Origin: an uncultured Bacilli bacterium
GTDB lineage: Bacteria; Bacillota_I; Bacilli_A; RF39; UBA660
DNA length: 64,000 nucleotides
Assembly (NCBI GenBank): GCA_947624085.1
Contig: CANQIK010000002.1
Coordinates: 7,639 to 71,638 of the forward strand
Direction: 5' to 3'
Of this stretch, positions 18,213 to 30,000 are shown one piece after another. Under the pieces are notes generated by a model. The model was not told the DNA's origin, did no database searches, and was given only the letters and a program-made list of their open reading frames with translations. The stretch's first letter is position 1. Every line of letters begins with the position of its first letter. Both the position numbers and the translations under genes were made by a program.

Positions 18213-19064
18213 ATGGAAGAAGAAATCCAAAATGTAGTTGAAGAAACTGCTGAAAACACTGTGGAACAACCAGTAGAAGAAGTTGTTGAAGGTGCGGAGT
18301 TATCTAACACCGCTGAAGCAGAGGAAACTCCTGCTGAAGAAACTAAAGAAGATAACAAAGGTCGCTATATGACTGAGGAAGACATTAATAAGCTAGTAGA
18401 TCGAAGAGTTGCTAGAAAAATGTCTAAACTTGAGGAAGATTATGATAAGCGAATGGCTGATTATAATGATACCAAAGCCATATTAGAGGCAGGATTAGGA
18501 ACTTCTGATATAAAAGAAGCTAATCAAAAGCTAAGAGAATTCTATCGTGGGGAGGGTTATGAAGTACCTGACTATAAGCCAACTTATAGTAAACGAGAAA
18601 ATCAAATCTTAGCTGAAGCAGAAGCAAACGAAATAATTGAAGACGGTTATGATGCCATGCTTAATGAGGCTAATAGATTAGCTGCTAAAGGCTATGACAA
18701 CATGGACGAAAGAGAGAAAATAATCTTCACTAAATTAGGAGATAAGCTTACTGCTGAAAACGATAAAAAATCTCTTCGACAATTAGGTGCTAAAGAAGAT
18801 TTAATCAATGATGATAATTTTAAAGAATTTAGAAGTCAATTTAAATCTAATACACCTATGGAAAAAATATATGCCTTGTATAAAGGCACTCAACCTAAGC
18901 CAAAGGTTGAAAATCCAGGAAGTATGAAGAATGTTGCTAGTAGTAATGAGGTGAAAGAATACTATACTCCAGAAGAGGCAAGTAAATTCACTAGAAAAGA
19001 TTATGATAATAATCCAAAATTATTGGAGGCTGTCGAACATTCAATGACTTTATGGGTTAAATAA
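18213..19064 (+). CDS. Scaffold protein (putative)
   Basis: 283 aa, very acidic, helical. Lies between the portal and the capsid. Confidence 0.5.
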   Translation: MEEEIQNVVEETAENTVEQPVEEVVEGAELSNTAEAEETPAEETKEDNKGRYMTEEDINKLVDRRVARKMSKLEEDYDKRMADYNDTKAILEAGLGTSDIKEANQKLREFYRGEGYEVPDYKPTYSKRENQILAEAEANEIIEDGYDAMLNEANRLAAKGYDNMDEREKIIFTKLGDKLTAENDKKSLRQLGAKEDLINDDNFKEFRSQFKSNTPMEKIYALYKGTQPKPKVENPGSMKNVASSNEVKEYYTPEEASKFTRKDYDNNPKLLEAVEHSMTLWVK

Positions 19065-19082
19065 AGAAAGGGATGATATTAA

Positions 19083-20072
19083 ATGGCAGTACAATTTTTT
19101 CAAAGAGAAGTTTGGGCAAAGAAAATCCAAGATGCTCTTGAAATGAGATGTAAATTAATTAAAAACTGTACAAGACAATATGAAGGGGATGCAGAATATG
19201 CTAAAACGGTTAGAATTCTAGGCATTGGCGATCCGTTAACTTCTGGCTATCAAGGAGTTGTTGAATATGATGATATGGAGGATTTAGCGCAATGGTTGCC
19301 TATTGATTTTGCTGAATTTTTCTCATTTAAAGTGGATGATATTGATAAAGCTCAAAGTAAACCAGGATTACCAGAAAAATTTCAACAAAAAGCTGTTAAT
19401 AGACTTGCTCAAAGAAGGGATATTAATATTGGTAGATTAATTGCAGGTAAGTGCATTTCTACAATGGAAGAAGCAAAGGCAACTTATAAGCAAACAGAAG
19501 ATGAAGACATTAAACCTTATAAAGATTACTTTATAAAGAAAACGAAAGGCGAAAAAGAATATTATCAAAGATTAGCAAAACCTATTAAAGATAATATCCA
19601 ATCATATTATGAAATTGATAATGGTACCTACAAAGATGGTGCAAAAAATATTACAACTGCTGATGGAAAAACTCAAACAAATATTAAAAATGCCATTGAT
19701 GATGCCATTGTTAATCTTCGTTTAAGAAATTTCGATGGCGACGGTGTTATTGAAATTGACCCTAGAACTTATAAGACTTTTAAAAATAATCTTATTGAAC
19801 TTTCAACAAATAATCCTGAATTAATTCGTCGTGGTGTTGTTGGTATGTATGATACATATGAGGTCGTTATGTCAAATGCTTTATATACAGATGACACTAA
19901 CACTTGGTGTATGGCTCGTTCTAAAAATGCCATTGCATTTGTGGGACAAATAAATAAAGTTGAAAGCGTAAGACTTGAAGGCTCTTTTGCTGATGGAATT
20001 CGTGGTCTTGATACCTACGGAATGAATATTATAGCTCAAGATGAACTTGAAGCAATTAAAATCCCTGTATAG
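19083..20072 (+). CDS. Major capsid protein (putative)
   Basis: 329 aa after the scaffold. Followed by a strong terminator. Confidence 0.55.
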   Translation: MAVQFFQREVWAKKIQDALEMRCKLIKNCTRQYEGDAEYAKTVRILGIGDPLTSGYQGVVEYDDMEDLAQWLPIDFAEFFSFKVDDIDKAQSKPGLPEKFQQKAVNRLAQRRDINIGRLIAGKCISTMEEAKATYKQTEDEDIKPYKDYFIKKTKGEKEYYQRLAKPIKDNIQSYYEIDNGTYKDGAKNITTADGKTQTNIKNAIDDAIVNLRLRNFDGDGVIEIDPRTYKTFKNNLIELSTNNPELIRRGVVGMYDTYEVVMSNALYTDDTNTWCMARSKNAIAFVGQINKVESVRLEGSFADGIRGLDTYGMNIIAQDELEAIKIPV

Positions 20073-20076
20073 TTTT

Positions 20077-20101
20077 AAGAGTTATTTTTTAACTCTTTTT
20101 A
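20077..20101 (+). terminator. Rho-independent terminator after the capsid gene
   Basis: aagagtta-tttt-taactctt followed by a T run. Confidence 0.55.
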
Positions 20102-20159
20102 TGTCTATAAAAGTAATAGTGGTGCAACTCCACAAATAGGCAAGAAAGAAGGAATTGAA

Positions 20160-20510
20160 ATGAATTATTATGTGATAAGACCAGATTTAACACCGTATGA
20201 AGGTATAAAAGTAACAAAAGAAACAAATATAAAATTTTCTAATCAAAAGGTTAAACAAACAATAAAAAATTTAAAATTGCATTCAGAATATACAGTAGTA
20301 ACTAATGAATTTACTTCGAAAAATATTCTAGATATTAATTTGAAAGAGGGAGATATTCTTTTACTTGAAGATGAAAATAGAGGATATTTCTTACCAAAAG
20401 ATGTGGCTATTGCACCAATATCTGAAGCAATTAACGATTACCAAATGCTAGCATTAGCATTAGATGGAGATAGTAATGACATTAAGAGAGATGAAAATAA
20501 AGACATTTAG
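20160..20510 (+). CDS. Hypothetical head-tail joining protein
   Basis: 116 aa. Position-based call. Confidence 0.45.
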   Translation: MNYYVIRPDLTPYEGIKVTKETNIKFSNQKVKQTIKNLKLHSEYTVVTNEFTSKNILDINLKEGDILLLEDENRGYFLPKDVAIAPISEAINDYQMLALALDGDSNDIKRDENKDI

Positions 20511-21072
20511 TCTTATAGAAGAATTTTATCCAGAAGAAAAAGGTTTAGCAGAAGATGAAGATGTTCTAAATAAAATAAATGGGGTCATAAATCAAATTCA
20601 AATGGATTTAATGCCATATAGAAAAATAAATGCTTCAACAGAAGTTGAAATCGCTAAAGATGATGACAAAGAAATTGACTTAACAAGCTTAATTGAGGGA
20701 CTTTATCAAATAAATAAGATATATTTTGGCAAAGAAAGTGTTGAGTATGAAATGCCTAATGACACTACTTTAATACTTCCTGATGACTACGAAGGAGCAT
20801 TTAAAATTTATTATTATAAATACCCTGAACTTGCTAAGTTAGAATTTAAAGATGAAGATGAAAAACAAAAATACGATTCTAAATATGAATTTGAATTAGA
20901 TCCTGATTTACTTGAAGTAATGCCTTATGGTGTTGCTGCTACACTTTTAAAAATGGATATGATAAGCAACTATGGACAATATTTTAAAGCAGAATATGAC
21001 GCGAGAAAAAATCAACTTGATTCAAGGAGGTCAAAAGGATTTGCAACTATAACAGGAGGGTATGATATTTAA
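20476..21072 (+). CDS. Hypothetical structural protein
   Basis: The track start is 20464. An ATG at 20476 with a GGAG RBS is more likely. Confidence 0.45.
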   Translation: MTLREMKIKTFSLIEEFYPEEKGLAEDEDVLNKINGVINQIQMDLMPYRKINASTEVEIAKDDDKEIDLTSLIEGLYQINKIYFGKESVEYEMPNDTTLILPDDYEGAFKIYYYKYPELAKLEFKDEDEKQKYDSKYEFELDPDLLEVMPYGVAATLLKMDMISNYGQYFKAEYDARKNQLDSRRSKGFATITGGYDI

Positions 21073-22850
21073 TGGCAAGTTTATCTAGTATAATTACACG
21101 AGTTTATAACAATTTTCGTGGTGTTGATTTCTCAAATAATGAAGTAGATAGATCTAGGAGTCCTTTTGCTTTAAATATGTGGAAAAATTATAAAGATAGT
21201 GAGTGCATTGAAACTAGGCCTGGAACAACATTACTGAATAATTTTGGTAATAGAATTCTAGGCCTTTTTTTCTTGAAAAAAGATGAGATTTTGCACGTTT
21301 TAGTCCATTCAGGTACAAAACTATTAAAATGGTCTAATTACCCGTCTACGCCCGCTCAAACAACTGAAATTTTTGGCAGTATGAATGTTAGAGAAAGTAG
21401 CAGTTTTGTTTTTAAAGATACTTTATTCATAATGGACGGAATTAATTACTTAGAATATGACGGCGAGATAATTAAAAAAGTAGAGGGAACAATACCTATG
21501 ACCTCTTACTATAAAAATCCGGATGGTTCTACATATATTGATGATGATACTGATGTAGATTTAATCTATCAGCCGGTTAATTGTTTAACAAATCTTAGAA
21601 AAAATTCATTTATTCCTGATGGTGTAAGTAAAGATTATTATTTAGATGCTAAAAATCTTGATAGTTCAGCAATATATCTTATGACTGCTACTGTAGGTGG
21701 TATAACCAAAACCGAAGGAGTAGATTTTAGTGTAGATAGGGAAAACGGAATAGTTACATTTAAACAAGCACCAGAAAAAGAAGAAAATGTTCAGTCAGGT
21801 AAAAATGATGTTGTTATTACATATTCAAAGACTGGCGAGGGTTATAAAGATAGAATTTTAAATTGTACGTTAGTCTGCGAATTTGATAACCGTATATTTT
21901 ATAGTGGGAATCCAGATTATCCAAATACTGTTTTTCATTGTGAATTAAATGATCCTAGATATATAAGAGATACAGCATATTATGAATGTGGCCTAGATTT
22001 AGCTCAAGTAAAAGCTATTATTCCAGGTAATGGTGTTCTTTGGGTTCTTAAAGACATTGAACAAAATTCAAGTAGTGTTTATTATTTAACTCCAACACTT
22101 GACTCGGTTTATGACAAAATTTACCCTAGTGTTAATGGTTCAATAGCATTAGGTTGCTTATCAACTGGAATCAATTTTAATGATGACATTGTGTTTTTTT
22201 CAACAAAAGGATTAGAAGGTATTTCTAGCAGTTCTATGTATAGTGAGCAGTTGTTGCAACATAGGTCAAGCTTAGTGGATAATAAAATGGTTCACGAAGA
22301 AAAATATAAAGATGTTAAATTAGCCGAATATAACGGCTATTTAATGTGTTTTATGGGGAATAAGGTATATTTAGCTGATAGCAGAAAAAGATTCCAGAGT
22401 GGGACTAATTCAATTGAATATGAGTGGTTCTATTGGGAACTTCCATTTGAAGTAAGCTATGTTAAAGAATATCGTCAGAATTTATTCTTAGCTAATGAAG
22501 ATGGAGAATTATTTATTTTAAAAGGTATAACAGATAATGGAGTAGATATTGAAAGTGTGTGGACTACTACTAAAGATGATTTTGGATATCCAAGCTATAC
22601 AAAGACCACTAATAAAAAAGGTAATGTAGCCGAAGTTAAAACGATGAATAACGATAATATCCATCTTGATACGATTGTAGATGGTGTTTTAAAAGAGAAA
22701 AAAGTATTTACTGATGAAAAAGGCTACTTTCCTTACAAGATAAAAGATAAAAAATTTAAAGATATTCAAATAAAGATAAGTTCAAATAAGCCATTTGGAC
22801 TTTTTTCTTGCACATTACAAGGCTTTGTGGCCGGATATATAAAACGATAG
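21072..22850 (+). CDS. Structural protein of 592 aa (tail/collar?)
   Basis: Position-based call. Good RBS aggagg. Confidence 0.5.
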   Translation: MASLSSIITRVYNNFRGVDFSNNEVDRSRSPFALNMWKNYKDSECIETRPGTTLLNNFGNRILGLFFLKKDEILHVLVHSGTKLLKWSNYPSTPAQTTEIFGSMNVRESSSFVFKDTLFIMDGINYLEYDGEIIKKVEGTIPMTSYYKNPDGSTYIDDDTDVDLIYQPVNCLTNLRKNSFIPDGVSKDYYLDAKNLDSSAIYLMTATVGGITKTEGVDFSVDRENGIVTFKQAPEKEENVQSGKNDVVITYSKTGEGYKDRILNCTLVCEFDNRIFYSGNPDYPNTVFHCELNDPRYIRDTAYYECGLDLAQVKAIIPGNGVLWVLKDIEQNSSSVYYLTPTLDSVYDKIYPSVNGSIALGCLSTGINFNDDIVFFSTKGLEGISSSSMYSEQLLQHRSSLVDNKMVHEEKYKDVKLAEYNGYLMCFMGNKVYLADSRKRFQSGTNSIEYEWFYWELPFEVSYVKEYRQNLFLANEDGELFILKGITDNGVDIESVWTTTKDDFGYPSYTKTTNKKGNVAEVKTMNNDNIHLDTIVDGVLKEKKVFTDEKGYFPYKIKDKKFKDIQIKISSNKPFGLFSCTLQGFVAGYIKR

Positions 22851-22859
22851 GAGGATAAG

Positions 22860-23981
22860 ATGACAGACCAAGAAAGATTAGCAAAAATTGAAGAACAAAG
22901 ACAAAAGGCTTTAGCTGAAAGCAATTCTGCATATGATGAAATGGCAAAAAATAATCAAGATTTATTTGATTATCAAAACAATAGCTTAAATCAATATGAA
23001 CAACAACAAAACGATATTTTAGATAAGCAATTGCAATTCAATGAATCAAAAATAGAACAACAAAAAGAAGAAGCTAGAAAAGCAAAAGAAGTAGAAGAGA
23101 AGAAAGCAAGAAATGACTATGCCGAATTTATAAATCCCTATGGCTATCAAAATGAAAGTTTAGCAGAAAGAGGACTACTAAATTCTGGAGTTTCAGAAAC
23201 TTCTCAATTAGGAGGTTATAACGCATACCAAAATAGATTGTCTTCTGCTAATAAGGTATTACAAGATGCCTTAACACAATACGATAACGATATAAACGAG
23301 GCAAGACTTAATAATGATGTTGCTAAAGCTCAAAATGCTTTAGCTAAACTACAATCACAAATGGCTTTTGCTGAAAGTTATTACAATAATAAATCTAATA
23401 TAACTCAAAATAGATTAAATTCTAATCAATCATTAGATAGCGAATATAATAACCGCTATCAAAGTGAGCTAGATAGACAAGAAAGCATTAGACAATATAA
23501 TGATCAAATGGAATTCCAAAGACAACAAGCTGCACAAGAACAAGCAAATTGGGAAAAAGAATATGCATTAAGCCAAGCAAAAAACTCTGGCAGTTCTTAT
23601 GGTGGCTCAAGTTCTAGTTATTATTCTCAAGGTGGAAGTGGGACAGAAGACTTGTTATCAGCTAATGGCTACGGCATTATAGCTAACCCATATACAGGCG
23701 AAGTTAATCCAGATTCTAAATATGGTGTGTTCCAATACAATAAGTCAGGCACTGGTTACCAACCAAATAACATAAATGGAAGGCAACTTGCTAAATCAGG
23801 TATGACTTTAAAAGAATTCACAGGAAGAACAGGAAGTACGGGCTCTACTGGAATAAACATAGATAATCAAAATGTCTGGGAATTGGACGGTCGATACTAC
23901 GTTTGGGATGGAACATTAAATGATTATGTAGATGTTACTAGTTATGGAATGAAATCTTTACGTCCGCCAAGAAATAGCTAA
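22860..23981 (+). CDS. Q/N/S-rich low-complexity structural protein
   Basis: 373 aa. Heavy Gln/Asn/Ser bias with a coiled-coil N-terminus. Confidence 0.5.
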   Translation: MTDQERLAKIEEQRQKALAESNSAYDEMAKNNQDLFDYQNNSLNQYEQQQNDILDKQLQFNESKIEQQKEEARKAKEVEEKKARNDYAEFINPYGYQNESLAERGLLNSGVSETSQLGGYNAYQNRLSSANKVLQDALTQYDNDINEARLNNDVAKAQNALAKLQSQMAFAESYYNNKSNITQNRLNSNQSLDSEYNNRYQSELDRQESIRQYNDQMEFQRQQAAQEQANWEKEYALSQAKNSGSSYGGSSSSYYSQGGSGTEDLLSANGYGIIANPYTGEVNPDSKYGVFQYNKSGTGYQPNNINGRQLAKSGMTLKEFTGRTGSTGSTGINIDNQNVWELDGRYYVWDGTLNDYVDVTSYGMKSLRPPRNS

Positions 23982-24007
23982 TACACGATTAAATAAAGGA
24001 GGTTATT

Positions 24008-27000
24008 ATGGGGCTTAATTTAGGAACAATTTATCAACAAAATTTAGCTGATGAGCAAAAAAAACGCAGTAATATTCAACCAAATAATAATGATTCTACA
24101 AAAGGTATCCACATTGGAACAATTTATAGTCAACCCAAAAGGAAAGAAACATCCATCGAAACATTGCAAAAGAAATATGTAGAGGAAAAGGAAAATTCTT
24201 ATAATAAGGCAAGTAATAAATTATATAATGCATCTAAATCTTTAAATAATTTTTTAAAGCAAAATAAAGTTGATAAGTTTAGCAATTTTGCTCCAACAAA
24301 TAAGAGGGATTATAACGAGCCTTTAAAGGTGCCAACAAAGAAAGATTTTATTGATACAGCCAAAAAAGCGGAAGAACAACAACAAAAAATATATTCATCA
24401 GAAACTTACAAAGGCTTAAAAGAAAATGTTGATAAATTGAGCGAAGAAGAAGATAAAGCATACCGAGAATATAGAAAAGCTATAGGAAAAGAAGAAGAAC
24501 CTTGGTATAGAAAAATATTACAAACTCCTGAGGCTCTTAAAGATGGTTATGACTTTGGCGATATAACGAAAACCCTTTTAAGTACCGGAGGAGATATCGC
24601 ATTAAGCTTAGAAAAAAGCTTTCAAGGAATTGGCCAAAATGCACTAAATTTACTAAATAATGCTGCTGCTCAAGTAGGAGATTGGATAGGCCAAGATGAA
24701 TGGGCGGATAAAGTAAGAGAAAATGTCAAAAATAATAAAGCAACTTTAATACCTGGAGTTTCAAACCCTGTTCACGATATGGCTAATCTAAACAATCCAG
24801 TAACAAATACGAATTTAGAACCATTAGTAAATAAAGATAGTATCTTAGGTGATACATCTAGAGAAGCTATTCAAGGAGTAGGATATTATACAGGCATGAC
24901 TGCACTTCAAAGTGTCGGTATTCCATGGCAAGCAACTGCTGCCACTACTTCTATTGGTAGTGAACTTCCCGAAGCTTATGCAAATGGTGCTACAGATGGA
25001 CAAGCTTGGGCTAGTGCTATAAATTCTGCTGCTTGGGAGGTCGCTTCTGAATATATCTCAGGTGGTATACCATTACCGGGTACAGGAAAAGGCTTAGATA
25101 AGTTAGCTTCGGGTTTTACCGAAAAGTTAAAGAATAATACGGCTAAATATCTCTTGGAAGCCGGTTATCAAATGGGTGGCGAAGGCTTAGAAGAACTTAT
25201 ATCAGGATTAGGCAGTTCAATTGGCAAGAAATTAACCTATATGAGTGATAAAGACTTTGCGGAAATATATTCTAAAGAAGACGCATTAAAAGACTTTGTA
25301 ATTGGTGGAGCGGTCGCAGGACTAACTAATTCAATTAATCCAACTACTTGGCATAATATAAATTCAGGTAAAAGTTTATTAACAGGTAGAACTTCACAAG
25401 AAGCTAATAGCAGAAATGAAACAATACAAAAGCTTTCTGTGGAGGCCGAACAAAGCAAAGGAAAGCCTTTAAGTTCTAAAGAAAAAATTGATATAGAAGA
25501 TTATGTCGATGGAACAATGCTAGATACCCTCTATTCATTAAAAGCTGATTTAGAAAATACGGAAGATGATAAGGCAAAAGCTTCTTTAACAAAACAAATA
25601 GAAGATTTGCAAGATAAAATAACAAATGTTGTTTTAAGTACTAAATCATTAGACATTTTACAATATCAGTTGAATCGCCAAAATCAAACAATACAATCAA
25701 CTATGCAATCCTCTGCAGTTAACGATGAGAATACAATGAGCTCTATGTTAATTCAAAATAATGTTAAAAATAGCATAGCACCTCAACAAAATGTAAACCC
25801 ATCTAATCAAGTATTTCAATTTACTACAACAGGAAATACTAAAGTAGATAATTTTTTGCAATCTGCAGTAGATAGTCGTTTCAATAATACAAAACAATCT
25901 CAAGATTTTTTAAATAGTTTCTCCAAGGTAATATCCGATAAAGGATATAATGTTTTATTTGATTCTACAATTAACAAAAATGGCAAAAGTGTGAACGGTC
26001 AAATAACAACTTTGAAAAACGGAGAAGTAGAAATAAGAATAAATCCTAATTCTAATAACGCAGGAGAATTTTTAATTGTTCACGAAATAACTCATGCAGT
26101 AGAAAATGAGGGATTAAGAGAACTTATCATAAATTATGCTCAAAAGCATTATGATTTTAAAGCTGCACTCCAAGATAAAATGAACCTTTATGGAACTAAT
26201 GAAGTTACAAGTGAAGTTGTAGCAGATATTTCAGCTCAAATTCTTGGCAATCAAGAATTTATAAATAGCTTAACCATGCAAAACACTCCTCAATCAAAAA
26301 CATTAATTAGAAAGATATATGATTCAATAAAGAGATTGGTAAATACTTTTACAAGTGAGGGCAGATACAAAAATTTTGTACAAGACCTAGAACAAAAGTG
26401 GAGAGAAGCTTATAGATCTACTACGCAAGAGCAAGCAGTTAGTAACTTGAAAAGTAATACAAGCTATTCGATTGGTGGAATTAAAGCGATTAATTCAATG
26501 GCTGATTCCAAGTATAAGTTTGATGCATTATATGATTACAATAGAGCTCTTGAAATGGCAGAAAGTGGAAAATATTCTAATGAACAAATTAGGAAAGAAA
26601 CTAAATGGTTTCAAGACAAAAATGGAGATTGGAAATTTGAATTTGATGATAGCTCTATAACATTAAAAACCGAAATACTTCATAAAAACGGGGCTTATAA
26701 GTTAGGAGACATAATAGAACATGATTATTTGTTTAAATTGTATCCTGAATTAAAAGATTACGATGTAATATTTGAAAATATGAAAGCTAATGGATCTTTT
26801 AATGTTAAAGACAAGAGAATAAGAGTAAACAATAATTTATTAAATTCTACTGAATATAAATCACTAAAGGGTACTATACTTCACGAAACACAACATGCAA
26901 TTCAATATATCGAGCGATTTCAAACTGGTATGAATGCTAGACTTAGTAAAAAAGCATATTATACTAGTTTAGGAGAAGTTGAAGCAAATGATACCAAAAT

Positions 27001-30000
27001 GAGATATATGAATGACTATACTAAAGAGGGTAGAAAAAATATAGCTCCTGAAAGTTCAAAATCTCATCCCACTCATCCTGAGTATGATAATTATATGAAA
27101 AATAGAGGCACAATTGACAAAATTAAGGATGCAGTGTATCCTTTATATGGAGGAATACTTCAAAATGCTAAAAAAAATCAAGAAGTTTTTTCGGAAAATA
27201 AGAGGCCGAATAATCGACTGGTGGATGGAAGAGGACTGTTAGATAACAGTTCTTTTTCTTTTGATGAAAATGTTAAAAGATATGACGATTTAAAATCTAC
27301 GAATAAAATTGAATTTTTTAAAAAAGATAATGGAGATATTCAAGTATCTTTAATTGATTCTAATAACAATTTGGTTAATCAATTTGATTTGATATCAAAT
27401 AACGATGCAATTAAACAACTTGGCAATGATATAGCAAATTATTTAATTGATAATGCAACAGATGATTATAAAACAATTTATATAGGTAATGATATTAACA
27501 ACCTAGGCAATGCAACAGATTATTTTATGAACCATAGGCCAAATGAAGATGGAGCAACTTCAGATAATTTAGCAAATCAAAATATTGAAACTCCAGGGCC
27601 AAAAGATTTATATGAGCATCCAGAATATTATTTTCCTATGAATGAAGAATATAGTAGGGAAAGTATTAGAGTATTAAATAAAATCAAAGGCAATCCGAAT
27701 GCTGATGTAACTATATATAGGGCAACAATTGGCAACGAAATTAACCCAGGTGATTGGGTCACTTTATCAAAAACATATGCCGAGTTGCACAATGAATCAC
27801 AATTTGATGGAAAGGCTAATATTCTTCAAAAAGAAGTCAAGGCAAAAGATGTTAAATGGGCAATGGATGATATAAATGAATTTGGTTATTATCCAACCGA
27901 TAATAATGTAAAAAACTCAATAAGTAACGCTGATAAGTGGCAAGAATATTTAGATAGACATTATAAAGCAACAGGTACTAGAACTAATATGAATTCTATT
28001 ATAGCTCCTACAAGAAATAAAGGACTAGATAATAGTTCTTTTTCTTTTGCTCAAGAACAATCTAATAGGTTAACGCAAAAAGAACAAGTAGAACTAAATA
28101 ATTTAAATAATCTACCATTTGAATTAAGTCAAGAAGAACAAAATAGAAAAACATATTTAGAAAATAAAGCTAAAGGTTTAATAAAATATCCAGAATTATC
28201 TCCTAAAATCACTTTTGAGGATATAAGAAATAGTTATTCAAAATATAAAAATCTAAATGACTTTAATAGTAATATTCTTGATAAGGCAGAAAGCTTCATA
28301 TCAGGATATAGAAATACTTCGAGAAGAACTAAAGCTGAATGGTTAGAAGTAGCTAAATTTATAGGTGCTAATTTAAACGCTAAAAATTCTACTGAATTAG
28401 AAAAATACGCAATTCAAAGTTGGCATAGTGCGAAACCTAATATAAAAGAAAATTTAAATAGACAAGGACAAGGATATGTTAAGTTCTCAATTGATGAGTG
28501 GGTTAATCAAATATATAAATCTGCAGGAGTTGGAGAAACAATTAAAGGAAGTAATAATACTAAAAATAGTATTAAAGCTCCACTAAAAAATAGTGATACT
28601 AATAAAGTAGTAGCTCCAACTAGAGAAACACTTAATAGTAGTTCAAAAGTATCAAATCCTAGTGAAATAGCTCAATTGACACCGGAGGATGCTAACACTA
28701 CACAAAAATTAAATTCAAAACAACGAAAGTGGGTTAAAACTTCTACTGAAAGTAATCCTGTTAAAGGAAAGGTTTTAATAGAAAACTTAGACTCTGCTAA
28801 AACAAATTATGTCGTTAGAAGCAACGAAAGCACATTGCAAAGTGCTAATTCAAAATTAAATTCTTTAGGTTATGATGAGTCAATATCATATATAAAGAGT
28901 AAAATGAGTGATAAAAAAGTTGATTTAGAAGATATAGCCTTAGCGGAAAGATTAATTCAAGAGTCAATAAAAAATGGAGATACTAAAACTGCTAGTGATT
29001 TAATAATGGATGTTGCTATTTTAGGCACTGAATTAGGCCAAAAAGTACAAGCATTATCAATAATTCAAAAATTAACTCCGGAAGGGCAACTTGCTATGTA
29101 TCAAAAAATTGTATCAAGAGCAAAAATAAAAGGCGAAAAAGCTTATACGGATGTAAATATTACTCAAGACATGGTAGATACCATACTAGGAGCTTATAAC
29201 GAAGATGGTACGTATAATCAAGATGATTTAAATGAAAGAGTAGAAATTTTTAAACAACAAGTTGCAGAACAATTAAAAAGTAGTAAGTCCGAAAAAATTA
29301 ATGAGTGGAGATATTTAAGCATGTTAGGTAATCCTAAAACTCATATTAGGAATATGGTCTCTAATTTAGCTATGACAGGCACAATTAAAGTTAAAAATGC
29401 AATGGCTAGGACAGGAGAGGCTATAGCATCAAAATTGACTACAATTGAAAGAACTAAAACCTGGAAGAAATCAAGCGATACTGTAACAAACTTTGCAAAG
29501 CAAACGGCTGAAGAGATGAAAAGTGTTATTTCTGGTGAAAGTAAATATGGTGAAAAAGCTTCAATAGAGTCTAAAAAACAAGTTTTTAAAAGTAAAACTT
29601 TAGAGAGAATCAGTGATTTTAATAGTAATGCACTTGAAGCAGAAGATTGGTTTTTTAGCAAAAGAGCATTTCAAAATTCTTTTAGTGAGTATTTAACTGC
29701 CAATGGAATAGAAACTCAACAAGATATAACCAATAATGCAAAACTTATTGAAAAAGCTAAATTATATGCCGTTGAACAAGCAGAAATAGCTACGTTTAGA
29801 CAATATAGTAAATTAGCTAGCTTAATTAATAAATTTGAAAGAAATAACAAAGTGGCGGGACTAGCAATAGGAGCTACTATACCTTTTAAGAAAACACCTA
29901 TTAATGTAGCTAAAGCAGGTGTTAACTATTCTCCTATTGGTTTAATAAAAAGCATAAGTTACGATGCTTTTCAGTTACATAAAGGGAATATAAATGCAAG

